Below are positions 1 to 13,423 of a stretch of 64,000 nucleotides of DNA, piece by piece. The notes below the pieces were generated by a model, which made no database searches, was not told where the DNA came from, and worked only from the letters and a program-made list of their open reading frames with translations. This DNA comes from Eledone cirrhosa (taxonomy: Eukaryota). The stretch covers positions 62,000,001 to 62,064,000 of the forward strand of contig OZ024740.1 of NCBI GenBank assembly GCA_964016885.1, in the 5' to 3' direction. Positions within the stretch are counted from its first letter, which is position 1. The number at the start of each line of letters is the position of its first letter. The position numbers and the translations under genes were made by a program.

Positions 1-63
1 ACTTGAAGTTCATGGCACATCTTTACCCAATGATCTTCATTCCTACACAAAGTGTTATGTTTA

Positions 64-292
64 TTAACCCTTTAACATTTACATTACACTATATCTACTA
101 TTGTATTTTCGCAGTAAAGGCTTTACCACATATAATTATCTCATATAATATTTAATCTATGAGATTTTAATGTTATTTATTTTGAGAACAATACCTTAGC
201 GTCAGTATGAGCAGCTGGTTATGGCTGGTTTCAACAGCAAGAGGTGAGAGAATTCTGGCTGGATATGGCCGGTTTAAATGCTAAAGGGTTAA
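64..292. mobile_element. piggyBac-type MITE (TTAA-flanked, ~220 bp)
   Basis: Begins TTAA-CCCTTTAACATTTA and ends TAAATGCTAAAGGG-TTAA (terminal inverted repeats, TTAA target site). Related copies at ~13244-13393, 28097-28324, 31848-32064 and ~39680-39880. Confidence 0.8.
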
Positions 293-1417
293 TTCATCGT
301 CAAATAGTCACACAGCTGAATGATGTTATTAAAAGAAGCCTCAACATTTTAAGCTAACCAGATTACTTTCATTAACAGGATTATATGCATGCATACTCAG
401 GATCCAACAACATTTTTTTAAATTTATATCTTTCTTTTGTAGGATTTTCTAGCATGTAATATAATTCTCCTATCCTGCTTAGAGATAGAAGGGAAGAGTT
501 GGCATGTGAAGCTGCTCTCATCGGGAGGTCCTTTGAAATTGATGGATAGTAATTATTGACGACAAATTGGATGAAATTATGTCTGCTTTTATGATTTATG
601 GATCAAAACAATTTTATCATTGCATCTGTGTTGTTCTAGAATGTTAGATATGTGTTGTTTTGACTGTGGGTATGATCGTGTCTAAAATTCCATCACTGAT
701 CTATTTTGATAAAGCTTTAGGTTAATTAGCTTTATTATAGATGGGTTGATGTGGAAGTTAGCTTTGTGGTCTTTGTATGTTACAGTATGTCTCTTTTATG
801 GCTAATAAATCAATCCTATAGTCTATCTTTAGATGGTTTTGGCTGCTTCCATGTTGATGTTCATAAGTGTGTTGAGAGGTGTCTGTTATGAAGTTTAACA
901 CTACACTTCGGTGTTTAGTTGGCTTGATTTCATGCAGGTTCTTCCATAATAATGTGGATGCTGCTTGATCTTGAGAGTGACGCTATTTTGGCTTTCAGGT
1001 TTCTTTAGAATTTGTTTAGTTTGCTGGTGTACATAATATATTGATAAACTGGTAGAGGTCCTGTTTGAAGTTGAGGAACAGTTTGTTGACAGCAGTGGAA
1101 TTTAGTGATTCTGAAGCTGTGTTCAAATTTAGGAGGTCAGTCATGGTTGTTTTCATCAAAATATAGAGTGTTCCATGTAAGTCTTTCTATAACGTCTTCA
1201 GTTTTTAGTAGTGAAATTTTGAAGATTTGGTTGTGTTTTTGAGTGAGAATTCTTAATTTCTTTTTTTTTCTTATTGTTTATCATAAGTGTAAGTCAGAGT
1301 GCTCAATATAAAGAAGCTCTATAAAACAGGTTGAATATAACTTTCTCCCTTCCTCCTTCCAGTTTTTGAGTCTGATAAAATAACTGTAAAGAAAAGCAAT
1401 AATAATTTAATAGTTCT

Positions 1418-4110
1418 GTCATCATCATCATCATCTTTTACAATTGTTTTTCCACACTTGCGTGGGTTGGAGGGGTCCTTCTCAGTACAGCATCTCTCTA
1501 TTCATTGCGTTCCTTTGTCATCTCCTCTGTGAGTCTCAGTAATTTGAGGTCAGCTCTCACAGCCTCTGCCCAGGTTTTTCTTGATCTACCTCTACTGCAG
1601 CTTCCTTCCACTAGGATTCCCTGACACGTCTTCACTCAGTGATCATTCTCCATGTGAATCACATCCATACCAACCCAGTCTCTTCTTCTGCACACCCCCT
1701 CGAATTCCTCTTAAACTCATCTTCTTCCTTAACTCATCCAAGCTTTGTCTTTCTCTCAGACTTACATTGCACATTCAATGAAATATGGTTGCTTCATTTT
1801 TCTCCAGTCTATGTATGTCCTCTGCAGTCACAGTCCATGTTTCACTAACATGTGCATCACACTTCGCTCACAGGCATCATACAGTCGTCTTTTTGTATGT
1901 AGGGAGACATTTTTTATTTTGTGGTCAGCAGTGGGAGCAGTTCTCTAAGCTTCTTCCATCCTATCCTTATTCTAGGTATTAAGTTCTCAGAGCATAATTA
2001 AGTCACCAAGATAGCAAAAGCTATTGACCACTTCTATGGATCCTTCCTGTGACTGGAATAGGTTTATATTACTGCTGCTCTTCCCCTCAGTTACTCCTGT
2101 GTATCTTCTGCATATAAAGTCTTCCTTTCCTGTTAGTCTACCTATTATTCCACTACATCTCTTATGTACCCAATATTTACATTGTGTACATAATATGGAG
2201 TTTATGCCTATTCCCTTTCTACATATTGAGCAGGGCTACTTCACTGAAGGAACAAAGCTCCTATCTTCTCTCCTACTCACTAGCACTTTAGTTTTGGCTA
2301 AATTTACTCTCAGATCTTTGATTCCATATTCTGTTTCCTAAGCCAGAACTTATTTTCGAGTTCTTTAATGTATTCGACTATAAGGACCAGACCATCTGCA
2401 TAGAGAAGTTCTCATGAGCAGCCAGTCTTAAATTCCTCTGTTATAGCCTGGAGAACTATAATGAATAATAGTGGGCTAAGAACCAAACCCTGATGAACTC
2501 CTACCTGTACCTTGAATTCCTCACAAAACTCACTTCTTACTCTTACTTTGCTGACACGTCCTCTGTACATGGTTTTCACTGTTCTCACCAGCCATTCTTC
2601 TACACCTAATTTCCTTAAGGACCACCAGATAATAGATCGAGGTACTCAGTCAAAGACCTTTTCTAGATCAATGAAAGTTAGGTATAGTGGCTTTTTCTTG
2701 GCTAGGAAATTCTCTTGTAGTTGCCTCACTAAAAAGAAGGTATCTGTAGTACTTTTCCCAGGCATGAAACCAAACTTCATCTTGTCTAATTTGTTTCTTT
2801 CTCTGATTAGTTATATTATAACTTTTTCCATCATTTTCATAACTTGATCCATTAGTTTTATTCCTCTATAGTTTCTCTTCTCTAGGGTATCACCTTTGCC
2901 CTTGTAGTAATTTATGATTGTACTGCTGTGCCAGTCATTGGGTATGACTCTGTCCTGTATTACCTGATTGACTATGTGGGTTACTTATTTGGCTCTTACT
3001 TCTGATGCTTTTAGCATCTCAGCAACTATCTCTGATGCTCCAGCAGCTTTACCTTTTTTCATCTCTTTGATTACTTCTTTAACCCTATAGATGTCAACTT
3101 CGATGGCTGGTCCATCTGTTGGGTAGGTTGAGGGTAGTTTCTCTTCCTCCCAATCTTCTTCTGCATTCATCAGTCTCTCATAGTAACATTTTCAGGCCTC
3201 TTTCTTTTGAGCATCAGTCATTTCTAACACACTTTTCCCCAACAACATCACAATTCACATTGACACACTGCCTTGCAATGTGGAACACTTTGTGTCTCTG
3301 ATCCTCATGTCTCTGGGCATTGGCAAACTTTCTTGCTTCAGTCTCTCTCCAACCTATGTATACCTGTTATCTAGCTTCTCTCTTAGCTACTTGGTACCAG
3401 TCTCTGCTACTCCATTTTTCTAATCTTTCTATGCCTGTCTCCTGGCTTTAATGGCTCTGTCCAATGTGCTGTTCCACCACCAGTTCACCGTCTGTCTGAC
3501 TGGTGCTCTACTTCAGCCGCAAGTCTCGTCAGTAGTTTACAAATTGTCACCCAAGAATTTTGAGTTGTCCTCTACATCATACATATCTAGTTCATCACCT
3601 CTCTCATCCAATGTATCCAGTAAGGCCTTTCAAAACCTATATTTAACCAAAAGGTCCTTTAGCTTCCAAACCCTCCGTCTCCATATTTTCCTGTGTATCT
3701 TGTTCTGACTTGTGCTTATTCTGATGTCACTAATAACTAACTTATGTTTGTGGGGTGCCTTAGTATTTAGTGGGGTAGGCCTTAGTATTTATTACAGTCC
3801 GTTTGTCTTGCTGTCTAATAAGTAAATAGTCAATTTGGCTTTTGTGTTCACCTGATTGATATGAGATCAGGTAGCTGGCTGGTTTCCTGAAATTTGTATT
3901 GCAAATGGTTAGTTCATTTGCACTACAGAATTTCAGGAGTCTCAATCCCTCTTCATTTCTTGAGCCATAACCATAGCCACTGTGAACTCCACTGAATCCA
4001 AACTGGTACTGTCCCACATGTCCATTGAAGTCACTTGCCAAGATGATGAGGTCACCTTTACCAGTACCTGAAGTTGTCTGTAAAAGTTCCCCATAGAACC
4101 TGTCTGAGTT
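1418..4110 (-). mobile_element. Decayed RTE-clade LINE (APE endonuclease + RT + PHD-like finger)
   Basis: ORF fragments DFNGHVG...SQIDYLL (3760-4260) and [18 protein letters not shown] (2985-3170) are homologous to the intact ORF at 56268. Many stops and frameshifts. (GAT)n tail read as (CAT)n at 1418-1435. Confidence 0.9.
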
Positions 4111-4119
4111 ATCTAAATC

Positions 4120-4320
4120 TGCTATGTGTATCTGGTACACCATATTCCTGCCTGGCGTCATGTGAAGACTAAAAAGGTTGGTGCTAGGAAGGGCATCTGG
4201 CCATAAAGATTGCCTGAAAAAGGACCCCATGATGAATTGGAAGCCTGTCATGGGACCCACGAGGCTGACTTCAATTTTAACAGGGAAAGTAGTCTAGAAT
4301 GTTTTGTTGTGTTGTTGTAG
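4120..4320 (+). mobile_element. Short RTE-related non-autonomous element (GGAAGGGCATC motif, GTT-rich tail)
   Basis: GGTTGGTGCTAGGAAGGGCATCTGGCCATAAA motif typical of RTE-associated UTRs. Similar copy at ~45690-45870. Confidence 0.55.
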
Positions 4321-5104
4321 TAGGTTACTTACAGCAAAATTACCATTAAAAATCTTGAACTATATTGTAACACTGATAATGGAATACTACATGATTATCT
4401 CAGACATGTTTGTTTAGCTATTTCATGATAGAAATACAGAATTGAATCATTTAAATATTATTAAGGAAGAAATTTTAGTAACAAAAAAATTTAATTTAAA
4501 AAAATTACTTTTTGAATATTGATTCTACATTTATTCACCTCTTTTTTTCCCCCTTTTCTGTATTTAATAAATTATTTATTTATTTTATTTTTTCCTTTAT
4601 TGAATATACTGAATTGAACTTATAATACCTGACTAGTAATTAGTATTTTATGCTGTACTCACACAAAACATTCCATAAACATACATACACAGATACACAA
4701 TACTTAAATATTTGCATACATATGATCTTATGCACACACCTACACATATTTGCATACATATGAGTATGAATACATACACACATACATATGATGCAATCAG
4801 TTCTTAGAATACCAAATGGAAACTTCCATGAAAAGAAAAATTTCCTATACTACAATATTCCAAGCTGGCCCCGTGCCGTCAAAAATGATGGCTAATTGTA
4901 ATATCTATACATGATATAAAAAAGTGATGTTTGTTGGTTGCTTGCTTTGCACTCACACAAGTGATGCAAACACACAGCTGTGACGAATCTTAAAACGCGG
5001 GACTTCTATAGTTTCTTGCCCCACTTCCTCAGTCATCACATAGATGTGTGTATATTAGACACCCCTTGCTTCCTCAGTCATCTCTAGTGTGTGACAAAAA
5101 ATAC

Positions 5105-5720
5105 ACAAGGCTATTATATTGGCAGTTTTCCACTGCTCTGGTGTAACAGTGTTGTTAAGGCAGAATTGAAAAAAGAGTGAAAGCTGGTGCAGAAGAAAGT
5201 ACCTACCACATTTGAGAAGCAGGTACGTAACACCATCAAGACCAAGAGAGGCATAGTTGTGCTTATTCTTAAGGTGGCATCACAGCATTGCAGGTGTAAA
5301 TTCCATAGTTGCTATAGAATTTGATGTCAGAGGTGGTGAAAATGGTACATTTTGGTCTTCAACAGTGAAAATGCCTGGATAGCATTCAGCAATGAGTTCT
5401 GCGCATTCCTTGGGGTCGTCAGTAATCTGGCTTGTATGCGAATTGTGAAGAGGACCAACTGGAGAGTGAGTCCTCTGCTTTGAGTGTACATATTTACAGG
5501 GTTGGTTGCTATGCGCTGTTAAAATTCAAGCACTTCCTTTTTTGTCACCTGCTTGAGATGGTTGGATGATTTATTTCGCTTTTTCCTATTGATATCTGAT
5601 TTATGCAGTTTGTACTCACGTTCAGCATTACAACTGCTGCAGTCTCCCAAATTGCACTTTTGGGATGTTTTTTGTGGTTACGTGGTACTGATGCTGCACA
5701 TGCTGTCCATATTGAATTCA
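5105..5720 (-). pseudogene. Decayed CR1/L2/Jockey-like non-LTR retrotransposon fragment (pre-RT region)
   Basis: Manual translation VGPLHNSHTSQITDDPKECAELIAE...ASLGLDGVTYLLLK...LSLFFQFCLNNTVTPEQWKTANII matches the GPDG...W-K-x-A motif at the start of APE-type RTs. One in-frame stop. Confidence 0.65.
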
Positions 5721-6231
5721 GGATGTTCTGAAGTATTCACATCTCCAGAGTCATAAAATTCAAGCCAGTTGTCTTTATTTTATTTTTCGTAATTCATGTT
5801 TCTTAATATATTTAACATAAAACTCACCCCTAATTTTTATAATGTTTTAGTTTTTTATAACATTTTATACCTTTTGATAATTTTATACAATTTCTATAAT
5901 CTTGTACACTTTTATAGCACTTATATCCTTTTAATTTTTCAACATCACTCTACGCTGGTTTTCGGCCAGGTCTGCTGACGCAAGGTTTAGTACTCCTAAA
6001 CCTCTGTAGCAATAGACTGCTTGGTTCTGATTAATGATATAGCATTTTCTGAGGGCAATAGAAGTTTTGTTGCTACCAAACAACCCTCACCCCCCTCCCT
6101 TTGTTGCACCTACCAACCCACAATGCTTAGTATTGATGAGTGTGTGCCATTACTATAACACTGAGTAGGGGAGCTATCCTTGAATCAAATCTTTTCTGTT
6201 TGTTGTAATACTGTTATCAATTAGCTAATTT

Positions 6232-6320
6232 TGCAATTTTCACCTGATGAAATCACCTAAGTCTTGCATCTTGATCGGATGATATAACTAGGCCATTGAA
6301 ATATGTATAGTGTTTTTGCA
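6232..6320 (+). ncRNA. Type I hammerhead ribozyme motif
   Basis: CAC-CTGATGA(6244-6250)-stem II (AAT..CCTAAGT / ACTAGG..ATT)-GAAA-TA TG TA-TA-GTG. Stem I extends as TGCAA/TTGCA across an internal loop. Confidence 0.6.
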
Positions 6321-6577
6321 CCATTAAAACTTTGAAGAATATTTCCAGTCCAGTCTTCTGTTGTTTATGAATGTATGTATATATATATATATATATCTTT
6401 TTTTTCTTTCATTCTCTGCTTCTCTCTCTCTCACACACATATTTTCTCTCTCTTATTCAAGTCTAATTTAAACAATCACGAATGTGTCACTTTAGTTTAT
6501 AAATAGCAAAGAATTGATTTTTGCATAGATACAATTTATTATTATCATCATTTTTTCCCTCTCTCGTTCCTCTACAG

Positions 6578-6721
6578 AAGAAGACCAGATTGATAAAGAC
6601 GAGATGCTAAAGAAAAGAGATACTCTACTAAAAGCTGTTGACTTACCTGCATTGAGTTATATTCTTCGTTATCCTATTGAAGTCTGGGTATCAAGTAATC
6701 GAAAGTTTATTTCTCCAGAAG
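6578..6721 (+). CDS. DCDC1: Doublecortin domain-containing protein (DCDC1/DCDC5-like), internal exon, phase 1-1
   Basis: Polypyrimidine tract + CAG acceptor, GTGAG donor. Encodes EDQIDKDEMLKKRDTLLKAVDLPALSYILRYPIEVWVSSNRKFISPE, resembling the recalled DCDC1 'LILRNPIAIWVSCGEPF' segment. Splices in frame to the next exon. Confidence 0.8.
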
Positions 6722-7003
6722 GTGAGATAAATCAATGAATCTCTCATTTTATGATTAATAATTAATCACAATATAAGGGTACTTAATTGGTAGGAACATT
6801 AGAGTGTCAGACGAAATATCATGATATCTTGTATTATGTACTCTCAGGTCTTGAATAATGACCCCCCATCCTGCACTTATTAATTTTTCAGATTATTCCA
6901 ACCTCTCTCTGCTTTTATTCCACCCCAACCCACTTATTAAATTTTGCTAATCTATCTCCAAGTGATTCATATTGATGCAGCAGCTGGAGAATCTAATAAT
7001 AAT

Positions 7004-7192
7004 TGTTTCTACTTTTGTCACAAGGCCAGCAATTATCCCAGTGTATTACTGGTACTTTATTTTATCGACCCCGTAAGGATGAAAGGCAAAGTTAACCTCG
7101 GCGGGATTTGAACTCAGATCATAAAGAGCCGTAACTCTTTGCTGCAAAGTATGGCGTCAGACCCTCTACCGATACTGCCAATCCACCACCCT
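7004..7192 (-). mobile_element. tRNA-derived SINE with 16-bp TSD
   Basis: B-box-like GAGTTCAAATCCC and central GCCTTTCATCCTTACGGGGTCGATAAAATAAAGTACCAG. TSD AGAATCTAATAATAAT at 6988-7003 and 7193-7208. Copies at ~9347-9416, 12450-12645, 32060-32200, 45088-45262 and 47355-47515. Confidence 0.85.
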
Positions 7193-8099
7193 AGAATCTA
7201 ATAATAATGTCATTTTACGTTAAAAAAAACATTATATATGAGAAAAAAAGAACATTACAAGAAATCTCATATTTATGAACATACACTATACAATTACTGA
7301 TTTCCCAATCCCCCCGCTTATAAGAATTTAAGCAAATGTTCAACACCCTCCCCCTATTATTTGGGACCTGAGAGTAGTTGATCCTTAAGCAACCAACAAC
7401 ATGTTTTGCAGCATATTATTACATCCCTTTATGTTCTGAGTTCAAATCCCATTGTGGTTAGCTTTGTTGATAAAATAAAGTACAACTTTCCCATTCCCTT
7501 TAAATTACTGGCCTTGCACCAAAAGTAGAAACAATTATGTTAATCCTTTTGAGACCAACCTACCTGAAACTGCCAAATTCTTGAAATAAATACTAAACCC
7601 AATAACTTAAGTTTTCTTTTATATACCAAACCACCTGAGACTGCCCTTGTTTCTACAATACGAAACTGTTTGTTTTAGAATTTTTGTATTTATCTAAAAT
7701 CTTTCCATCATAATTTTATGTAAGAACTTTTCTTATATTATGTTCCCAACACCAGTTTAATATGAAGACATCTTGTTATATTACTTAACCCTTTAAAATT
7801 GTTGATTGTTTTCAAATTATTTGAAAATCATTAGCTGTGTCTTTCAATAGAAATAAGGGAAAGTCTCTTTACATTCTGAACTCAAATATTGCTGAAGTCA
7901 TTTTAAAATACCAATCAAATACTGGGGTTGATATAATCAACTTTCTCCTCCTCATAAATTACTGGCCTTTTCTTGAAATTAGAAACCCTAATTTAGTTAA
8001 GGCACTTTACATTCTGAATTCAAATCACCATTGAAATTAATTTTGCTTTTCATCATTCTGGGGTTGATAAAATTGATTTTACCCCTCTCCCATTTCTCC

Positions 8100-9120
8100 A
8101 GAAGATGAAATAGTCAACCATTCTCCTATCTTATGATTAATAATTAATCACTCTATATAAAGATGAGGAAAATAACATCATGAGAGTTGGGAAGAAGCTC
8201 CTTGAGAAGGGCTCCCTGCATAATAACCAAAAACTCACACCCAGGGAAAGCATACAGCTATGCCACAATGAACCCATGGATGAAAAGCTGCATGTTTATC
8301 AGCAAAAAGTAATGCATGGCTATGTTGCCAGAAAGCTTCAAAGTGAGAGTAATGTAGATAATCAAAGAAATCTATCTTGAACTATAAGTAGTATATTAGC
8401 TCATGCTTTGAAGGATATGCAAAGTAGTCTATCTTGGACCAACAAATACTATATTAGCTCACGCTTTGAAGGATATGCTTTTTCAATCCAAGAACAGGAA
8501 ATAACAAAATACATAATGCACAAAAGAGATAGGAATGCAGGCAAAACACCTGGATATGACAATAGATGCAGACTCTGTAGAATAAACATCGAAGATGTCA
8601 CCCTCATCATAAGTAGCTGTCCAAAGATACCATCATAATACTATCTACCTGTGAGGCATGATGTAGTGGACAAAACACTATATAATTCAATCTGTAGAAA
8701 GGATAGCCCTGAGAATGAACATAGAAGGTTACAGTGATGTGGAGAACATAAGCATACATAGTATGAAAGAGTACTGGTGGAATGTACCAGTTAAAACCCC
8801 CATAAAATGCAAACATAATGATTCCACATTAGTGGAAATTAGCTGCCCAGCTGATGTCAATATAATGTTAAAGATTAGTGAAAGGAAAACATTTATGTTG
8901 AACTAATAAAGAATCTGCAGATACTCCACCCTGTCTTTGCTTTAGATTTGTTCCTGTGGTCATTAGGGTTCTGGCATATGTTATTAACTGTCTCAGTACA
9001 AATCTTGAGAAGCTGGACTTCACAGAACCAGAAAGAGCACGGATACTAAGGATGTTGCAAGTACAGTCCATTAATGGAACTGTAAAAATATGTAAAACAT
9101 TTAAGAAATTTAGCATGTAA
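8100..9120 (+). pseudogene. Decayed 3' part of an RLE-type (R4/Dong-like) non-LTR element
   Basis: EGYAFSIQEQEI, CRLCRINIEDVTLIISSCP (CCHC-like knuckle) and VEISCPADVNI (RLE region), broken by stops. A related minus-strand fragment (VEVSCPLDVNV) lies at ~43100-43420. Confidence 0.7.
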
Positions 9121-9506
9121 TAACTGCATATACACATGTATAGATACAAAAGATGTGTCACATATAATTCAAAACATGCAGATCCACACATACAATAACA
9201 CTCATACCTGCACACACATGCATACTCATGCATAGACATAAATATACATATATATTTAGCTAGTCGATGTTGCCTAGATTCCAATGAAAGAGTTTTGTTG
9301 CTATGTTAGAAACTGGTTCTCTCTATATTAGTGGAAATTCATGAAATAATTGTTTCTACTTTTGGCACAAGGCCAGCAATTACCCAATGCATTACTGGTA
9401 CTTTATTTTATCGAAATTTATGAAATAATAAAACCAGAACATACATACACACAAATACACATACACACATTTTAGTTAATATTTTAATATTTTCTTGTTT
9501 CAAAAG

Positions 9507-9608
9507 TTGTTGAGTCAAAAGAAGAGAACCGGCGTAAGAAGAGGAAGTTACAAGCTAACATTGCAATGGAACTGGACACACACAAACATATACTACGACA
9601 ACTGAAAG
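9507..9608 (+). CDS. DCDC1: DCDC1-like exon, phase 1-1, followed by a non-canonical GC donor
   Basis: Encodes VVESKEENRRKKRKLQANIAMELDTHKHILRQLK(G). AG|GCAAG donor at 9609 rebuilds the RQLKGRR motif with the next exon. Confidence 0.75.
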
Positions 9609-10277
9609 GCAAGACATTTCTATATTTTCTAGCCTTCCCAACAACAATATTGATTTCCTTCCCCTTTCATATGTATTTTTAAAAATATATTTCTCTTTGT
9701 CTTTCTCTTTCTCCCTCTCTCTCTCAGTCTTTTACTTCCTGTCATTCCATGTCTCTTTCTCTCTCTCTTTCTCACTCCTCCCTTCTCAATCAAGTTTGAA
9801 GTAGAGTCAAAGAATAGCAAAAGCAACAAAAAATGTTACAGCTAGGGTTGAGCAAGTATTGTTATTAAGTATTGTTATCAAGTACAAAGTGTAGTGCAGT
9901 GATGAAATGCAGACCATCAATCCTTCATCTTCTATGTGTGCAAGCATTCAAATGACCTTACCATACCAATTTTGTCTTTGAAGTCTCATATTAACTGCAT
10001 TAAATTTGTAATTTATTTTTCTTATCTCTTTGATTTTATCTTATTGATACCAAACCCTTTGAAACTGGCCTGGGTTTATGCTACAAAACTGCTCATTTTA
10101 AAATGTTCATCCTCATGTTAAAACATTTCATCACAATTATATTGTAGAAATTTTTCTTAAGTAATGTTCTAAATATCAGGTTACTAATGAAAAACTTATT
10201 TCATTAAATTCCTGCAAATATTGGTTATTTTCAAAATTAATTGAAACACATAGAAAAAGTATTTCATTAGAAATACA

Positions 10278-10316
<39 letters not shown>

Positions 10317-10337
10317 TCTTTTGTTTAATTATTTTAG

Positions 10338-10474
10338 GTCGACGTTTAGATGAACTTTATTCAGGTAAATATGAAGCAACACAAGATGCAGCTAAGCCTG
10401 TTGTAATTACAGGTCATTGGACTGACACAACAGATCAAGAAAAACACCATCAAGATAAAGTTCATCAGTTAAAA
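10338..10474 (+). CDS. DCDC1: DCDC1-like exon, phase 1-0
   Basis: TTTTAG acceptor, GTAATT donor. Encodes GRRLDELYSGKYEATQDAAKPVVITGHWTDTTDQEKHHQDKVHQLK (PVV..G.WT motif). Confidence 0.8.
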
Positions 10475-10861
10475 GTAATTCATTCAATCATTCATTCCCC
10501 TCCAACTGCATTATTACTACTATTATATTACTTTTTTACTCATTCATCTGTTCCAGCTGACCGGTTGAGGCCATGCTGGGACATCACTATTATTTATTTA
10601 TTTATTGCTATAAATGTGGTTGGCATTAAGAAGGGCTTCCAGTTGTAGAAACCAAGCCAAAATCAGCCCTGTGTGAGCAAAACATGGTCTTCTGATCTGA
10701 ACTCTCACAAAGGGACTGATTGTCCTACCCATGCTAGCGTGAAAATGGACGTTAAACGATGATGATGCTGAAGATGGTGCTGTGCATTTCACTCTGATTA
10801 GCCTGTTTTATCCTTTCAGATAATGCTTGCTTTTTCATTCAGTATTTTTCCCTTTTAATAG

Positions 10862-10960
10862 AATCACTTGGATGAAGTAAACATGAAAGAAAACCAAACT
10901 CATGAGCTGAAACCTTGTAATGTAAAGACAACCAAACGTCTTTATAAACAGTCAAATATG
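10862..10960 (+). CDS. DCDC1: DCDC1-like exon, phase 0-0
   Basis: TAG acceptor, GTGAG donor, 99 nt. Encodes NHLDEVNMKENQTHELKPCNVKTTKRLYKQSNM (LYKQxN motif). Confidence 0.8.
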
Positions 10961-11029
10961 GTGAGCAATTGTATCATTAATTATTTTTTATGATACTAAT
11001 TTTTTCAGACTTTTAACCTCATCCTTTGA

Positions 11030-11945
11030 GATGAAAAATATTCACACCAGTTAGCGAGAAAGAAAGAGAGAAATGTGTGAGAGAGGTAAACTGTTTGAAG
11101 GAGGAAGTGATACAAATTGTGGTAAACTCAGATGAAATCATGGAAAGGTGGAAGATATATATAGAGCGATTGTTGAGCATGGAAAATGACTGGAATGGCA
11201 GAGAAGATAGTTGAGGGGGAAGTTAAGAAAGCTTTCAGATAAATGAAGAGTGAAAGGGCAGGAGGATCAACAAGAGTTGTGAGAGATATGTTAGAGGCAG
11301 CAGGAAGTTGAGGTGTGAAGAGGATGATAGAAATCTCCAGTGGTTTGGGAGTTGAGTACTCTTATCCCCTTGTACAAAAGGAAAGGTGATCCTATAAACT
11401 GGTTTGTATAGAGCAATCAAGATATCAGAATATGGATGAAGGTATTGGAAAGAGTTTTAGATAAAAGAATTTTAAAAAATAGTGAAGACTGATAAAATGC
11501 AGTTTGGATTTGTGCCAGGAAAAGAAACAGCTGAAGCAATCTTATTGTGAGGCAGTTACAGAAGAAATACAAGGAAAGAAAAATATGTTTGTTGGATTTG
11601 TTGATCTGGATAGGGTTCCATGGGAAGAAGTGAAAGGAATTAAGAGAGTTAGGAGTGAAGCAATGATATTGATAACAATCTATGAGAAAGTATTTATAGT
11701 TGAAAGGAGGAATAATGGGAAGTGATGAGTTTGAAATCATGGTTGTATAACATCAAATGTCAGTGTTAAGCTCACTACTATTTGTAATATAAAGGAGCGT
11801 TTACCATGGGAGTTGCCCTACATAGATGACTTGGTGTTAATGGCTGAGAGTATGGATGGACTGAGGGAGAAGAGGAATAAGTAGAAGGAATGTATGGAGG
11901 CAAAAGGCATGAAGGTGAATATTAGGAAGATGGAGGTGATTAGAA
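11030..11945 (+). pseudogene. Highly decayed RTE RT fragment
   Basis: MQFGFVPGK-like, FVDLDRVPWE and PWELPYIDDLVLMAES remnants across broken frames. Confidence 0.7.
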
Positions 11946-13423
11946 ATATGGCAATGAAAGGGTTAACCGTGTATTACACACCATGTATTGAGTACATTTT
12001 TTACTGATTATGGCTGACCTCACTGGGGTCAATTTAATCAAATATGCCCTCTCTCAAAATTTGATGCATAAGGTCAACTCAGTAGATGCATAATTATTTC
12101 ACTTACTTGAGATAGAGTTCATATCATGGAGATCAGAGAGTCACTCCCAGTAGAGCCACTACTTCTCCAAATTGAATGATCATAGCTCTGATACTATAGG
12201 CATGTGGTTAGAATGTTTCAGGAAAGAATCACTGAACAGATTTTACGGGTAAAACCAACCGGCAGGAGACCCAATGGTAGACCCCAAGCAAAATGGTCAG
12301 ATAACATCCATGAGCTTGGCTGGTCTCACTTGGGGATCTAGCCGGATTAGTTGGAGATGGTTGCTTCTGACAGGACTTGCTGGAAGGAGTGTTTGATGAC
12401 ATACTCAGGAATAAGTGGGCGAAGAAGTAGACTTCTAATTCAGGCATAAGACTAGCAGTTTCAGGGAAAGCGAAGTCAATAAAATTGACATCAGTACTTG
12501 ACTGGTACTTTATTTTATTGACTGCAAAAAGATGTAAGGCAAAGTTGACCATGGCATGGTTTGAACTCAGAATATAAAGGGCTGTAACTAAATGCCACAA
12601 AGTATCTTGTCTGATGCCCTACCAATATTGCCAATCCACCGCCCGTTACTTCTAATGTGATACCACAAAAATGTTTACATCAATTATAAATGAAAATCAA
12701 ATATTGCCAAATTTAGCACCTCACTGCTATAGCTCCTATTGTTATAATTTTAAAATAACATGGCTGCTATTAGCTTGATACATTTATTTTCTATTCTTGA
12801 GTAGTGACATTTGATTTGTTACTATCAACAGAATTATCAGGCAAGCAAACATCTTTTATTCCTATACAGTATTTCACAATGAGAAGTTTTCAAAGAAATT
12901 CTTTTGTCATTTGTAAAGCTTCTGAGATGTGTAGTTGTTTCTCTAGACATAATAATATGGAAACAAACATTTAAAAGAAATGCATAAATCTTTAAAAAAA
13001 GAAAAATGTTTTCCTTTAACGATTCTGAATATTTTAAAACTGAATCATTCAAATATATTTTAGTCTGTTGTTCTTTGCTCACTTATTCCTGGGAGGATCG
13101 TTGGGGTACAGTCCACAAACATGACTTCCAGCAGCTCTTGTCAGAAGCAACCGTCTCCAACTGGCTGCATCCCCACACAAGGACAGCCAAGCTCATGGAT
13201 GTTATCCAACCATCTTGTTTGAGATCTACACCTATTGGGATCACATAATATGGGAGTTACGAGATTTTGATTTTATTTATTTTTAGAACAATACCTTTAC
13301 ATTGTTATGAGCGGCCGGTTACGGCGGGTTTGAAAAGAAAGTAGGTGAGAGAATTCTTGCCGGATATGGTCGGTTTAAATGCTAAAGGGTTAAACAGCTT
13401 AATCTTTTTGATTTCTTTTGTAG

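Noticed and set aside
330-1380. Possible decayed Penelope-like coding remnant
   Set aside because: Composition is suggestive but no diagnostic motif could be read with confidence.
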